Below, piece by piece: positions 17,445-26,544 of a stretch of DNA of 29,507 nt. The position numbers were made by a program, and so were the translations under genes. The stretch is from Myxococcota bacterium. GTDB taxonomy: Bacteria > Myxococcota_A > UBA796 > GCA-2862545. The stretch covers positions 1 to 29,507 of the forward strand of contig JBCCQY010000111.1 of the NCBI GenBank assembly GCA_039208735.1. Reading direction: 5' to 3'. Every line of letters begins with the position of its first letter. The stretch's first letter is position 1. Below the pieces are notes generated by a model. That model did no database searches. It was not told where the DNA came from and saw only the letters and a program-made list of their open reading frames with translations.

Positions 17445-18139
17445 CGCAACGCCAACCGGCGGGGTCACAGATGCCTCTCTTTCGCGCTCAGGTGTCCCTC
17501 TCAGCTCGCGAATCGGCCAAGACTACCCAGCACTCAGGCCGCACCCCTAAACGCCTGAGAGGGCAACGTCAGACCACGGAACAGATGGTCAGCGTTGGGC
17601 CACGGTTGACGCTGCAAGAGCGCCTTGGTCGCCTTGACTTGGGCCTTGCCGATGATCGCAGGGTCGCACAAAACCTCATCGCCGAGCAAGTGGCGGAGGG
17701 GCGAATCCTGCTCCACCTCGAGGTTCCCCTTCCGCCGGCGGGCAAGGCTCGGCCCCAAATCTTCCGCAATGGCGGCAAGCGGTACCCCAAGAGCCACGTG
17801 AACTTCACCAAAGTGGTCCGAGCCTTCGCCCGAGCCGCGTGGCACGCCAAACCGCCGCTCGAAGTGGCAACTCTTCACGTCGTGGGCTGGTTTCGACGCC
17901 CGAGGCGCCTCCTGAGACGAAAGGACCGAGGCCAGTCCGAGGTCTACCTCGGCAAGCCCGACGCCGACAATGCGGCGGGAATCCCGATGGACGCCTTGGT
18001 GAAAGAGGGCGTCCTCCTCGATGACACCAAGGTCGCGCGTCTCGTCGTGACCCGCTTCTACGTGCCGCTGCTCGAGTCGGGCGACCTGGCTTGCACGCCC
18101 TGCACGTGGATCACCCTGTTTCCCTGGAGGGCGTCATGA
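17441..18139 (+). CDS. rusA: RusA-family Holliday junction resolvase
   Basis: GKARP...KPDADNAAGIPMDAL...GVLLDDTKV matches the RusA DxDN...D...DD motif. Confidence 0.88.
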   Translation: MTQRQPAGSQMPLFRAQVSLSARESAKTTQHSGRTPKRLRGQRQTTEQMVSVGPRLTLQERLGRLDLGLADDRRVAQNLIAEQVAEGRILLHLEVPLPPAGKARPQIFRNGGKRYPKSHVNFTKVVRAFARAAWHAKPPLEVATLHVVGWFRRPRRLLRRKDRGQSEVYLGKPDADNAAGIPMDALVKEGVLLDDTKVARLVVTRFYVPLLESGDLACTPCTWITLFPWRAS

Positions 18140-18255
18140 TGCCCGTAGTGACTGAGTTTTGGCTGGGCTTCGGTGCCGGCATGTTCGTCGGCGCCGGCGG
18201 CTGCCTGTTTGCCTCGTTCGGCTTGCTCATGGCCTGGGCCTCGGGGTCTCGATGA
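18136..18255 (+). CDS. 39-aa single-TM peptide
   Basis: GGAGG RBS with ATGA coupling; MMPVVTEFWLGFGAGMFVGAGGCLFASFGLLMAWASGSR*. Confidence 0.55.
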   Translation: MMPVVTEFWLGFGAGMFVGAGGCLFASFGLLMAWASGSR

Positions 18256-18323
18256 GTCCCCCGCTCGCTCTACTGCTCGTGGCCGTCCTCGTGATGGCCA
18301 TTGGGTACCTGACGGACCCCTGA
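18252..18323 (+). CDS. 23-aa hydrophobic peptide
   Basis: ATGA coupling; MSPPLALLLVAVLVMAIGYLTDP*. Confidence 0.4.
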   Translation: MSPPLALLLVAVLVMAIGYLTDP

Positions 18324-18395
18324 CGTGCGCTTGCGCAAGACGCTGCAAGGTCGTCCTTCGGGGCGGCGGCTCTTGTTTGGCCGACCCAACGGGGG

Positions 18396-18653
18396 CTACC
18401 GCTGTTCTTGAGCACCCAGCAGCGTTGCGGAGCCATCCGGTTCTCGTCGAACAACGACCGAAATCAACTCATCGAAGTTCGACATCACAAAGAAGTCCGA
18501 CATGCCGGAGATGGGCACGAGCTTTTTGTCTTGGATTAGTGCTTCGAATCCATTTCGCTCAAGCTGCCACTTGTTGCCCCTGACCGCCTTCTGTGCCTCC
18601 GACGACATCTTGATGACGTTGAGTTTGTACGCCTCCGTCTCGTTGACCCTCAT
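18396..18653 (-). CDS. Small protein coupled to Panacea antitoxin (candidate toxin)
   Basis: ATG 18653 overlaps the TGA of the DUF4065 gene; 85 aa alpha/beta. Confidence 0.6.
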   Translation of the reverse strand: MRVNETEAYKLNVIKMSSEAQKAVRGNKWQLERNGFEALIQDKKLVPISGMSDFFVMSNFDELISVVVRREPDGSATLLGAQEQR

Positions 18654-19195
18654 CGATTGATCACCGACCGTGCCCAAGACTCAAGCTCTGGCGTCAGGAC
18701 GGTGGGTTGCTCGTCGACGCACCAGGCTTCATGCGGGATGACCTCGCCATCACCGGCAAGCTTCCATCCAGGCTCTTCATGCGACAGGTCGCTGACCTTC
18801 TTGGCCGTCATCGGCCGCAGCCGTTCGATGACCTGGTCGATGATGGTCATCTCGTCCTCACTGAACCGCAATTGTGGCCGTTGCCACGCCCGAAGGCGAT
18901 GCTGGGTGTACTTCCCGCGGTCTACGTACACGATCTCCACCGCCCCGGTGTCCTCAAGCTTCGCTCGAAGCTTGTGGAGATTGCGAGGCACGGGTCCATG
19001 GTCAAACCTCAGGTACGACGAACCGGTCACCGTAGACCCTGTGCGAAGGTAGGCTTCCTTGTCGATGAAGTAGAAAAGCTTGTAGACCTTCGTCATCGAG
19101 AAGTTGGCATCGTCTTCGAGGCGGTCTGCCAAGTAAAGCAGAAGCTGACTGCTCCGTTCTTCCCAGTCGGCGCTGATGAAGTGTGTGTGGCCCAT
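18650..19195 (-). CDS. Panacea (DUF4065/SocA/GepA) family antitoxin
   Basis: TKVYKLFYFID...GSTVTGSSYLRFDHGPVP...LSHEEPGW; AGGAG RBS. Confidence 0.9.
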   Translation of the reverse strand: MGHTHFISADWEERSSQLLLYLADRLEDDANFSMTKVYKLFYFIDKEAYLRTGSTVTGSSYLRFDHGPVPRNLHKLRAKLEDTGAVEIVYVDRGKYTQHRLRAWQRPQLRFSEDEMTIIDQVIERLRPMTAKKVSDLSHEEPGWKLAGDGEVIPHEAWCVDEQPTVLTPELESWARSVINR

Positions 19196-19476
19196 TTGAA
19201 GCTCTCCTGTTGGGAGCCTACCATAACAACTCTGCTCATTCGTTCACCTATGAACGCATATTCATCGATAAATGTGGCAAACGAGCACTCGCGGATGGAG
19301 TGGCATCGCAAAGTTCGATGAGCGTCCGCGAGTAGCCGAGCCCGGGTCGAATTGCCTTCGTTGCGCACGCGAGGAAACCGTTGCGAAATTTCGTCAAGCG
19401 GCCTATCGTCTATCGACGATGCCGCTCATACGTGCGTTCTGGCGCGGAGGTGGCCGCAACTCGATACGGATGCGAC

Positions 19477-20034
19477 ATGGCACAGTCGGCAACATCTCGG
19501 CAACGCAAACGGTCGAGCGGCCGTAAGAGCAAGCTCACTGCGGCGCTGCGGCGGAAGTTCTGTGCCGCACTCGAACAGGGCGCCACGTACAAGGCCGCAT
19601 GCGGGTTCGTCGGCATCGACTACAGCACATTCCGTCGATGGATGGTGAAGGGCGAGGCGTCAGAGTCAGGCATCCAGCGCGAGTTTCGCGATGCGGTACT
19701 GGCAGCTGAAAGCGCCGGAGAGAACGTGTACGTGTCGGTGGTGCACAACATCGCGGTCGGCCTCCCCGCAGCAGGCGCCAACGCCGACGACGACGCGAGC
19801 GCACCGAAGGCGACCGACAGCCTCAAGGCGGCATCGTGGATGCTCGAACGGCGCTATGGCTGGACGCAACGCACCGAGGTGACCGGCAAGGACGGCGCGC
19901 CATTGCAGGTCGAAGCGAAGACCGAGGTCATCACGCGGCCCATGTTCGCCGATGAGCAAATCGAGGCCATGACCCCAGAGCAGCTTCAGGCGGCGATTGC
20001 GGCGCGGTACGGGACCGCAGCGGAGGCGAAGTGA
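19477..20034 (+). CDS. terS: Terminase small subunit
   Basis: GRKSKLT...GATYKAACGFVGIDYSTFRRW HTH; AASWMLERR; EVTGKDGAPLQ tail; upstream of terL. Confidence 0.8.
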   Translation: MAQSATSRQRKRSSGRKSKLTAALRRKFCAALEQGATYKAACGFVGIDYSTFRRWMVKGEASESGIQREFRDAVLAAESAGENVYVSVVHNIAVGLPAAGANADDDASAPKATDSLKAASWMLERRYGWTQRTEVTGKDGAPLQVEAKTEVITRPMFADEQIEAMTPEQLQAAIAARYGTAAEAK

Positions 20035-20043
20035 ACGTAGTAC

Positions 20044-20454
20044 ATGGGCTTCGATGCAAGGTTCGGCGCTGCTGGTCGTAATCCGCAACCAACGCCGGAG
20101 GAGTTCATGAGCAACGCAGGCAGAACACGCGAGCCAATACGAATCAAGGAACTCAAGGGAAGATCAGGCCAGGAAATCCTCAACGTGCCACCCGTATACC
20201 TGCGGAACGCTGGCGACCCAGTGATTTGGCCGACCATGATTGCGTTCGACTTGGTGGACGCCATCGACCATCTTCGTGAGTCAAATGACAGGCTGGCGGA
20301 CTCCAACGAACGCCTCTCCGACGCCAACGAGCGCCTCGCAACGGCGATTGAGAAGCAGGCTCCTTGGCGGAGGACCCTGGTCCTTGCTGCAGTCATATCC
20401 TCTTTTTCCGCGGCAGCCGCGGCTATTCTGAGCGCATTGGCTGCATTTCGCTGA
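20044..20454 (+). CDS. Coiled-coil protein with C-terminal membrane anchor (start may be 20108)
   Basis: Heptads SNDRLAD/SNERLSD/ANERLAT, then hydrophobic TLVLAAVISSFSAAAAAILSALAAF. Confidence 0.6.
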   Translation: MGFDARFGAAGRNPQPTPEEFMSNAGRTREPIRIKELKGRSGQEILNVPPVYLRNAGDPVIWPTMIAFDLVDAIDHLRESNDRLADSNERLSDANERLATAIEKQAPWRRTLVLAAVISSFSAAAAAILSALAAFR

Positions 20455-20666
20455 TGTCAGCGCCGATGGGCTCGAACCCCGCTGACCGGCCGACGCCCGA
20501 TCTGACATCGGTCGACGATGCGACTCCATGACGATGCAGCGTAGATGAGCGGCGATGGCGTAAAGCCGGCACAACGACTCCTTTGACCGTGATGTGTCGT
20601 TCTGAGCACCTTGATTCGGGGATCGAATGCCACTACGCTCCTTCCAGCGGTGATGGAGAAACGGCC

Positions 20667-21422
20667 ATGACGCGACCGATCAAGGTCGACTTCGATGCTC
20701 CTCCTCTTAGTGAGGTCGTTTGCGGTGTCCTGTTCAAGGTCCTCGAGCGCTTCGAGATCTCGGACTACGGCCTATTGTGGGAAGAGTTCGCAGAGGAGTT
20801 CCCAACAACAGCCGACCAAGCAACCCTGCTGCGCACCGATCGACTGAACGAGAACCCCGGCCCCCGAGTCTGGTTTTTGAGCGAGGATGAGACCCATCTT
20901 CTTCAGGTTCAACGTGACAGATTCCTGTTCAATTGGCGAAAAGTCCGGGGTGAAGGGACCTACCCGCGCTTCGATGCTGTCTACGCTGCCTTCACCCGAC
21001 ATCGGGGTACGTTCGAACGCTTCGTAGCTGAAACTGGCTCGCCCCAGCTAGAGAGCCTTCAGCTCTCGTACGTCAACGTTGTGCCGATGGCTGGGGAACT
21101 GTCCTATGGTGACTACTCCGCGATTCTAAAGGGGCTCACATGGCCTTCTGATGGAGTGTCGTTCGATCCTCAAGGGTTCAACTGGTTGCTGGAGGGACGA
21201 GCGCCTCACGGTAGCGACAACGATAAGCTTACGGTTCTCGCCCAAAGCGGACTTCGCAAGGAGGACGACCTGCCAGTACTCCGCCTTGAACTCACGGTTC
21301 GTGGACCGGCACCAGGAAGGGATCTCGATGAGTGGTTCAAGGGCGCACACGATAGCATCGTAGAGACGTTCGTTGACGTCACCACGGAGGACGCACAACA
21401 GAGGTGGGGGAGGCGCAGATGA
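20667..21422 (+). CDS. TIGR04255-family protein
   Basis: GGAG RBS; FDAPPLSEVVCGVLF...PRVWFLSEDETHLLQVQRDRFLFNWRK...YPRF...LSYVN...WFKGAHDSIVETF. Confidence 0.8.
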   Translation: MTRPIKVDFDAPPLSEVVCGVLFKVLERFEISDYGLLWEEFAEEFPTTADQATLLRTDRLNENPGPRVWFLSEDETHLLQVQRDRFLFNWRKVRGEGTYPRFDAVYAAFTRHRGTFERFVAETGSPQLESLQLSYVNVVPMAGELSYGDYSAILKGLTWPSDGVSFDPQGFNWLLEGRAPHGSDNDKLTVLAQSGLRKEDDLPVLRLELTVRGPAPGRDLDEWFKGAHDSIVETFVDVTTEDAQQRWGRRR

Positions 21423-22354
21423 CAGACCATTCCCAGGTGTGGCACCGGCCATCGAACAAACCAACAACATCCGACAGCGACCTTGCTCTAATCGATCCCG
21501 ATCCGGGCCTGGAGTTGGTCGACCCCACTATTGAACTCACGGATCCTGGTTGGCGGCAAAGCAAAGTCCAGCATGTCAGAGCTACGACCAATCGTAGGCG
21601 AAGAGCATCGAATGAGCGTGTCCAATGGACAGCGTTCTTGAATGGGCTAACGGAACCGCCATACAACCTCAGTGGGTCGCATGCAGCAGCAGTAAGGGAC
21701 ACCTGGGCGTACCTTGAGGTTGCTCTTGGCCCGCAGCTACCTCTGCCGAAACCGAAAGTCCTCCGAAGTGGACCAATGAGATTCTCCTGGAGCACAACAA
21801 GCTTCGCTGCAGAGCTCTTGGTTCGACCAGGAGATGAGAATAACCTGGATTGGACCTTTCAAGATCGACGATTCAACACATCAGCGGATTCCACGAAGTC
21901 GGTGAAGCCACTCCGACGATTCCTGCAACTAATCGCCAACGTGACGGATTTAGGCCGAATCATGGAGCACGTGCAGGCCATTTTGGAGGAGGAACCGCTC
22001 GAGGATGGCATGGACCACGCTGCTCAACCGTTGGTTGATGCGATGCTGGCAGACGCCTCTGAAAACCGTTTTCGCGCCTTGAAGGGAATAGTCCAGATCG
22101 CAAGATCCGACGATTTCGCCTCTTCGATTCTGCGGCTCATAGCTCGCGCGAATTCAAGGCCTCCACCCTGGCTGCGCGTCGACTTGGTTCGTTCCGCACT
22201 ACGCCACGGCTCCACAAGAGTGCGAGAGGCTGGCATGGAAGCCGTTGAGCAATGGCGAGATTCAGAGCTGCTTCAGCTGCTGCGATTGCATGATGACAGT
22301 GTCGAGTGGTTGGCGTCGTACGCTAGCGACATCATCGATGATCTTGGCGGGTGA
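21419..22354 (+). CDS. Two-domain hypothetical protein with HEAT-like C-terminus
   Basis: ATGA-coupled to TIGR04255 gene; central LPLPKP...GPMRFSW...ELLV domain; C-terminal ALRHGSTRVREAGMEAVEQW...WLASYA. Confidence 0.75.
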   Translation: MTDHSQVWHRPSNKPTTSDSDLALIDPDPGLELVDPTIELTDPGWRQSKVQHVRATTNRRRRASNERVQWTAFLNGLTEPPYNLSGSHAAAVRDTWAYLEVALGPQLPLPKPKVLRSGPMRFSWSTTSFAAELLVRPGDENNLDWTFQDRRFNTSADSTKSVKPLRRFLQLIANVTDLGRIMEHVQAILEEEPLEDGMDHAAQPLVDAMLADASENRFRALKGIVQIARSDDFASSILRLIARANSRPPPWLRVDLVRSALRHGSTRVREAGMEAVEQWRDSELLQLLRLHDDSVEWLASYASDIIDDLGG

Positions 22355-22357
22355 CAG

Positions 22358-22879
22358 ATGTTCTTGGTTCGGAGGCTTGCGCGGGCGAAATGGGAATTGC
22401 CCGATGGATTCAAGTCAGGGGATATACCTGCTGATGCCATCACGGGGGACCTTAGAACGAAGGGCAACAGCCTGTCACTGTGGCGTTTTGCCGAGGTCAC
22501 AGGACAGGGCTTGGACGACGCGTTTTTGGCGCTTGCTGCTACTAAAGATGCAAGAGCCACCGTTGACAAAATCGACATCGTGTGGATGCCTGAATCGGAC
22601 TTCGTAGGTGCAGGTTTCGACCTGAACGAGACGGACGGCGACATCCACATTTCCGACCTTGTGAAGAACCACGTAGATGCCGTGAAACTAGACTATCGCA
22701 GACTAGGCCTCCTCGCGGGGTACGTAGCGCGAGCCCTTAAGGAGGACAGATGGAAGCGCCTTACGAAATCCAAGGTCGCGAAGCTCCTTGCCGAGGCCGT
22801 TGTGGGCGGGAGGGTCAGTTTCGATGCACTGACTGAAAAAGTCCAAGACGAGGTGCGAAAGCACTTGAAAAGCCGGTAA
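22358..22879 (+). CDS. Hypothetical protein, possible ADP-ribosyltransferase-like fold
   Basis: 3 bp after the previous stop; FLVRR strand, ADAITGDLRT, NSLSLW, HVD. CDS is confident; fold call is tentative. Confidence 0.65.
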   Translation: MFLVRRLARAKWELPDGFKSGDIPADAITGDLRTKGNSLSLWRFAEVTGQGLDDAFLALAATKDARATVDKIDIVWMPESDFVGAGFDLNETDGDIHISDLVKNHVDAVKLDYRRLGLLAGYVARALKEDRWKRLTKSKVAKLLAEAVVGGRVSFDALTEKVQDEVRKHLKSR

Positions 22880-22913
22880 GGCGCCAATTACCACGAGATG
22901 CCAGAATACCCCA

Positions 22914-24497
22914 GTGGTCTGGACCCCTGCCGACCGCCAACACTACGTCGAGCTGTGCCTCGACGATGACGTAGCGAACACGCTCGACCTCGAGCGCGCG
23001 CTGTTCCAAGACGCCTGGGGCAGCCTTGGCGGATTCGTCCAGCAGTGTTGGCCCATCCTCGAACCCGGCGTCACGCTCGAATGGGCCTGGTACCACGACC
23101 TTGTGTGCCGGGAACTCGAAGGCGTCACCGAGGCCTACCACCGTCGCGAGCGTCGACGGCTCGTCATCTGCATTCCTCCTGGGTGCATGAAGAGCCTGCT
23201 GGTGAGCGTGTTCTGGCCGGCCTGGTGGTGGTTGAAGGCGCCGCACCTGCGCTTTCTCACGCTGTCGGGTACGGAGAAGGTGGCGGTTCGGGATAGCCGG
23301 CGCATGCGCGATGTCGTGGGTTCACACTGGTACAAGCGGCTGGTGGTCGAGGCCGAGCGTCGGGGAAAGGGCAAGGCCTGGGAGCTTTCACGCGACCAAA
23401 GTTCGGTGCTGAATTTCGCCAATGGCGAGAAGGGTTTGCGTCAGTGCTTCTCGACCGGCTCAAAGCTCGTTGGGTTGCGCGGCGATGGCATCATCATCGA
23501 TGACCCGCATGATGTGGCGGACGTCATCGGTACGCCTGAACAGGTGCAGAACAACCTCGAGCGTGCCCATGACACGGTTGATGTGCGCCTGCCGTCCCGC
23601 GTCAACGACCAGCGCATCGCCTTCGACGTGGCGATTCAGCAGCGGCTTGCCATCGATGATGTGGCAGGACGTCGGTTGAAGGACCCTGACCCGGCCCTCC
23701 GGAAGATTGTTCTCGCTGCCCACTTCGATCCGGATGCGCCCTACAACCACCCCGATGACCCACGGACGGAACGGGGCGAGCTGCTCGACCCCGAACGCCT
23801 CCCCGAGTCCGAACTGCAACGGCTCATGACCAAGCTCGAGAGCCAGGCGCACGGCCAGGGTCAGGCGCAATACGAGCAAAACCCCGTGCCTCCTGCCGGT
23901 GGGCTGTTCCAGCGCGCCTGGACGAACCGGCGCTACGACTGGGACCCTCAACGCCCGCCGTTCCGGTTCGATGAGGTTGCGGTCACCATCGACTGCACAT
24001 TCAAGGCCACCAAGAAAGCCGACTTCGTCAGCATGCAGGCCTGGGGCCGTCGAGGGTGGACCGAGTACTACCTGCTCGACGAGGTCCACGAGCGGCTTTC
24101 GTACACCGAGTTGCGACAGGCAACCCGGGACTACCTCACGAAGTGGCGTCCCGATGCGACGCTCATCGAGGAAAAGGCCAACGGTGCAGCGCTCATCGAT
24201 GACCTCAAGCACGAGTTCCCCGGCATCGTGCCGTTCATCCCCGACCGCCATGGCGACAAGGTGAGCCGCGCGAGCGTGACCACGGTCTACTGGGCGGCCG
24301 GCAATGTGTGGTTGCCAAACCCCGAATGGGCGCCATGGGTAGGCGACTACGTGGCGGAGGTGTGCAGCTTCCCCTTCGGGACGCACGACGACCGCGTCGA
24401 CGCAAAGGTGCAGCTGTTCATTTGGTGGAAGGAGCGCGCCCAAACGGGCGGCACCGATGCGGTCAACAGCGCCCTCGAGCGGCTACTCGGCCTCTGA
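22914..24497 (+). CDS. terL: Terminase large subunit
   Basis: LVICIPPGCMKS (Walker A), GIIIDDPH (Walker B), YEQNP, TIDCTFK, LIEEKANG, DKVSRA, FPFGTHDDRVDA nuclease motifs. Confidence 0.95.
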   Translation: MVWTPADRQHYVELCLDDDVANTLDLERALFQDAWGSLGGFVQQCWPILEPGVTLEWAWYHDLVCRELEGVTEAYHRRERRRLVICIPPGCMKSLLVSVFWPAWWWLKAPHLRFLTLSGTEKVAVRDSRRMRDVVGSHWYKRLVVEAERRGKGKAWELSRDQSSVLNFANGEKGLRQCFSTGSKLVGLRGDGIIIDDPHDVADVIGTPEQVQNNLERAHDTVDVRLPSRVNDQRIAFDVAIQQRLAIDDVAGRRLKDPDPALRKIVLAAHFDPDAPYNHPDDPRTERGELLDPERLPESELQRLMTKLESQAHGQGQAQYEQNPVPPAGGLFQRAWTNRRYDWDPQRPPFRFDEVAVTIDCTFKATKKADFVSMQAWGRRGWTEYYLLDEVHERLSYTELRQATRDYLTKWRPDATLIEEKANGAALIDDLKHEFPGIVPFIPDRHGDKVSRASVTTVYWAAGNVWLPNPEWAPWVGDYVAEVCSFPFGTHDDRVDAKVQLFIWWKERAQTGGTDAVNSALERLLGL

Positions 24498-24626
24498 GTC
24501 CTCGGACTCCGGTGGTCCTAGGAACGCGGTGAACGAGGCACTTGGCCGACTGCTCGGGTTCTAATTAGGTTTGAGAGAAACCCTATAATTCCGTCACAAA
24601 GTCCAACATCCGCACCGGAGACTCTG

Positions 24627-25409
24627 TTGAAGAGCAAGGCACAGCGCAAAGCCGAACAGGCACAAGAACGGCTCAAGGGTTGGTTGAAGGAACTCAACTT
24701 CCTCAACCACAAGTTGACGGACCTGCTTGGCGACTACGAGGTGTACCAAAAGTCCTATAGTGCTGTACGAAGCCACCCGCAGTTCAATGTTTCACCTCAA
24801 AACGACCTTTTCATCATGATGCGTGAGGGGTTCATGATCAAAGCTGCGGTTGCCATTCGTGCGATCTCGGACGATGATCAGCGGACGCGGTCCTATCACC
24901 AACTGCTCACGAAAATGGTCAACTGCTACTCGGACCTCGAGACTGCTCTTGCAAAGGAGAATTGGCGCTTGCCCACCGCAGAGCAGCTTAGCGATTGGCG
25001 AGACGATCTCATTGAACAGACCAAATCCACGAAGACGTTCACTGACCGAGCGATCGCTCACTGGGACAAGAAGGATCCGGGAATGCTGAGCCTGCTCGAC
25101 ATCCAGAGGCAGCTGTACTGGATTCGCGAGCTGCACAAGAGGGTCTTCCTTGTTTTGCATGGTGGCGGCCTTACCGTCGAGCCAGCAAAGCAGTACAACT
25201 GGGAATTCTGGCTTCAGACGCCTTGGCTTACGGACAGTCCCCAGCAGAAGGAAGCTTGTCGCACTGCTGTTGGTGAAACGCACCTGGGCGAGCTGGCTGC
25301 AGAGCACGACTGGCCTGAGCCAAATAAGTTCATGTCGGCAGATCAGCACGGTGCGTTGCACGAGCAATTGCTACGGAGCGCCAGAGGAACGAACTCTCAC
25401 GAAGAGTAG
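24627..25409 (+). CDS. AbiU2-like HEPN-domain protein
   Basis: GGAG RBS and TTG start; all-helical; AIRAISD...RSYHQLL and FTDRAIAHWD resemble the AbiU2 HEPN pattern. Confidence 0.6.
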   Translation: MKSKAQRKAEQAQERLKGWLKELNFLNHKLTDLLGDYEVYQKSYSAVRSHPQFNVSPQNDLFIMMREGFMIKAAVAIRAISDDDQRTRSYHQLLTKMVNCYSDLETALAKENWRLPTAEQLSDWRDDLIEQTKSTKTFTDRAIAHWDKKDPGMLSLLDIQRQLYWIRELHKRVFLVLHGGGLTVEPAKQYNWEFWLQTPWLTDSPQQKEACRTAVGETHLGELAAEHDWPEPNKFMSADQHGALHEQLLRSARGTNSHEE

Positions 25410-25620
25410 TCTGAACTGGGCTGCTCGGAGTCTCGAAGGCGACCCTCTAGGTGTGGGAGAACGCCCACCGGTTCCCCGACGTTCTCACTGTTCCCAAGCT
25501 CGCAGCTTGGCTGGGCACGGCGGCCAAGGAGATCGAACGCCTGCAAGACCTTGACGACAACGAGAGCGGAAGGGCAACGAGGCTGCCGCATGACTAACTT
25601 CGGGGCACCAAGCTTCCGAA

Positions 25621-25917
25621 CTATTCGCGCGTGTACCTCGTGACGCGGTACACGTAGGCGTACCGGGTCCTGGAGGTTCCGCCTCCTGGGCCACCCTGGC
25701 AGCCCAAGTCCAAGAGGGCACGTTCGACCCCGGCTGCGGCTGAACGGCTGCGGAGCGGAATATAGGCCCAATCACCGTCCTCGCGCACGGCGTGGTCGTC
25801 GAACAGGCGCCGCCTGGGACTGGCGGCAATGCCGACGTACCAGGCGCGAAACCGCCCGCCAGAGTCCTCTATGAAGTCGGCCAGCTCGTCGATGGCCTGC
25901 TGGATGCTCGCGCTCAT
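25621..25917 (-). CDS. Small GIY-YIG-like protein
   Basis: WYVGIAASPRRRLFDDH...AAAGVERALL...YAYVY; TGATG-coupled to the upstream gene. Confidence 0.6.
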   Translation of the reverse strand: MSASIQQAIDELADFIEDSGGRFRAWYVGIAASPRRRLFDDHAVREDGDWAYIPLRSRSAAAGVERALLDLGCQGGPGGGTSRTRYAYVYRVTRYTRE

Positions 25918-26168
25918 CACTGGGCCCCACATGCCGGGCAGCGGTGAAGCTGCGTCGCGGACGTTCCGGTGTAGCCACATGCCGAGCAGGTGATGACCCA
26001 ACGGTGGTTGTTGAACTCCTGGCGAAGCTGGCGTTCGAGCCTGCGGAACTCCGCCTCGACGCGTCGGAGAGCCGCTCGGGCGCGATGCTGGTTGGCCCGC
26101 GCTTTTGCCTGCGCACTGCGGATCTTCGCCTTGAGCGAGTTCAGTTTTCCTCGATTGAATCTGGGCAT
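25917..26168 (-). CDS. Basic coiled-coil plus zinc-ribbon protein
   Basis: CSACG...CPACG at the C-terminus; start is ATG 26168 or 26180. Confidence 0.65.
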   Translation of the reverse strand: MPRFNRGKLNSLKAKIRSAQAKARANQHRARAALRRVEAEFRRLERQLRQEFNNHRWVITCSACGYTGTSATQLHRCPACGAQ

Positions 26169-26281
26169 TAGACTTTCCATGCTTGACGGAAAGGCCCCGG
26201 AACCGTACGATTCCATTGCCAGCAACCGTGCAAGCGGTTTGGTGCAGGTGGTTACAGCCATCTGCTGGTTGAGAATTCTAG

Positions 26282-26305
26282 GCGGGCCCCTATTAGAGGG
26301 CCCGC
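26282..26305. promoter_or_regulatory. Inverted repeat GCGGGCCC-N8-GGGCCCGC in divergent intergenic region
   Basis: Perfect 8-bp arms between the Zn-ribbon operon and the XRE-ImmA gene. Confidence 0.35.
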
Positions 26306-26544
26306 ATCAAAGTTTACATCCTTGAACTTACTGCGCCAGGACTATTTCGCTCCCACGTCGAATTCCTTCGCTTTTGGCGTTCGAGGGTGATCGCAGGGAT
26401 AAAGCCTTCTTCCGCGCATCGCCGCCAGCTCGAAATCCGGCGTTTGACGTGGATCTCAGGGATGGAGCTACGCTTCTGAGGAATCCTCTCGTTCGGTTAC
26501 AGGCGTTGGACGGCGATCCTCGCCTTCGTTAAACCTGGCACCAG

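Larger units (their letters stand above)
1125..24497. mobile_element. Prophage early-to-packaging region (lambdoid gene order), possibly defective; ends not defined
   Basis: ERF, divergent XRE pair, HTH initiator with iterons, DnaB-like helicase, Bro-N, RusA, terS and terL in canonical order; pervasive ATGA/GTGA translational coupling. Confidence 0.9.

Noticed and set aside
19381..19397. CGAAATTTCG palindrome upstream of terS as a cos/pac site
   Set aside because: Position is suggestive, but a single 10-bp palindrome is insufficient evidence.
20453..20510. tRNA fragment or att site (GGGTTCGAGCCC on the minus strand)
   Set aside because: The T-stem does not pair fully and no cloverleaf or second copy is visible; only a short GATGTCAG/CTGACATC inverted repeat remains.
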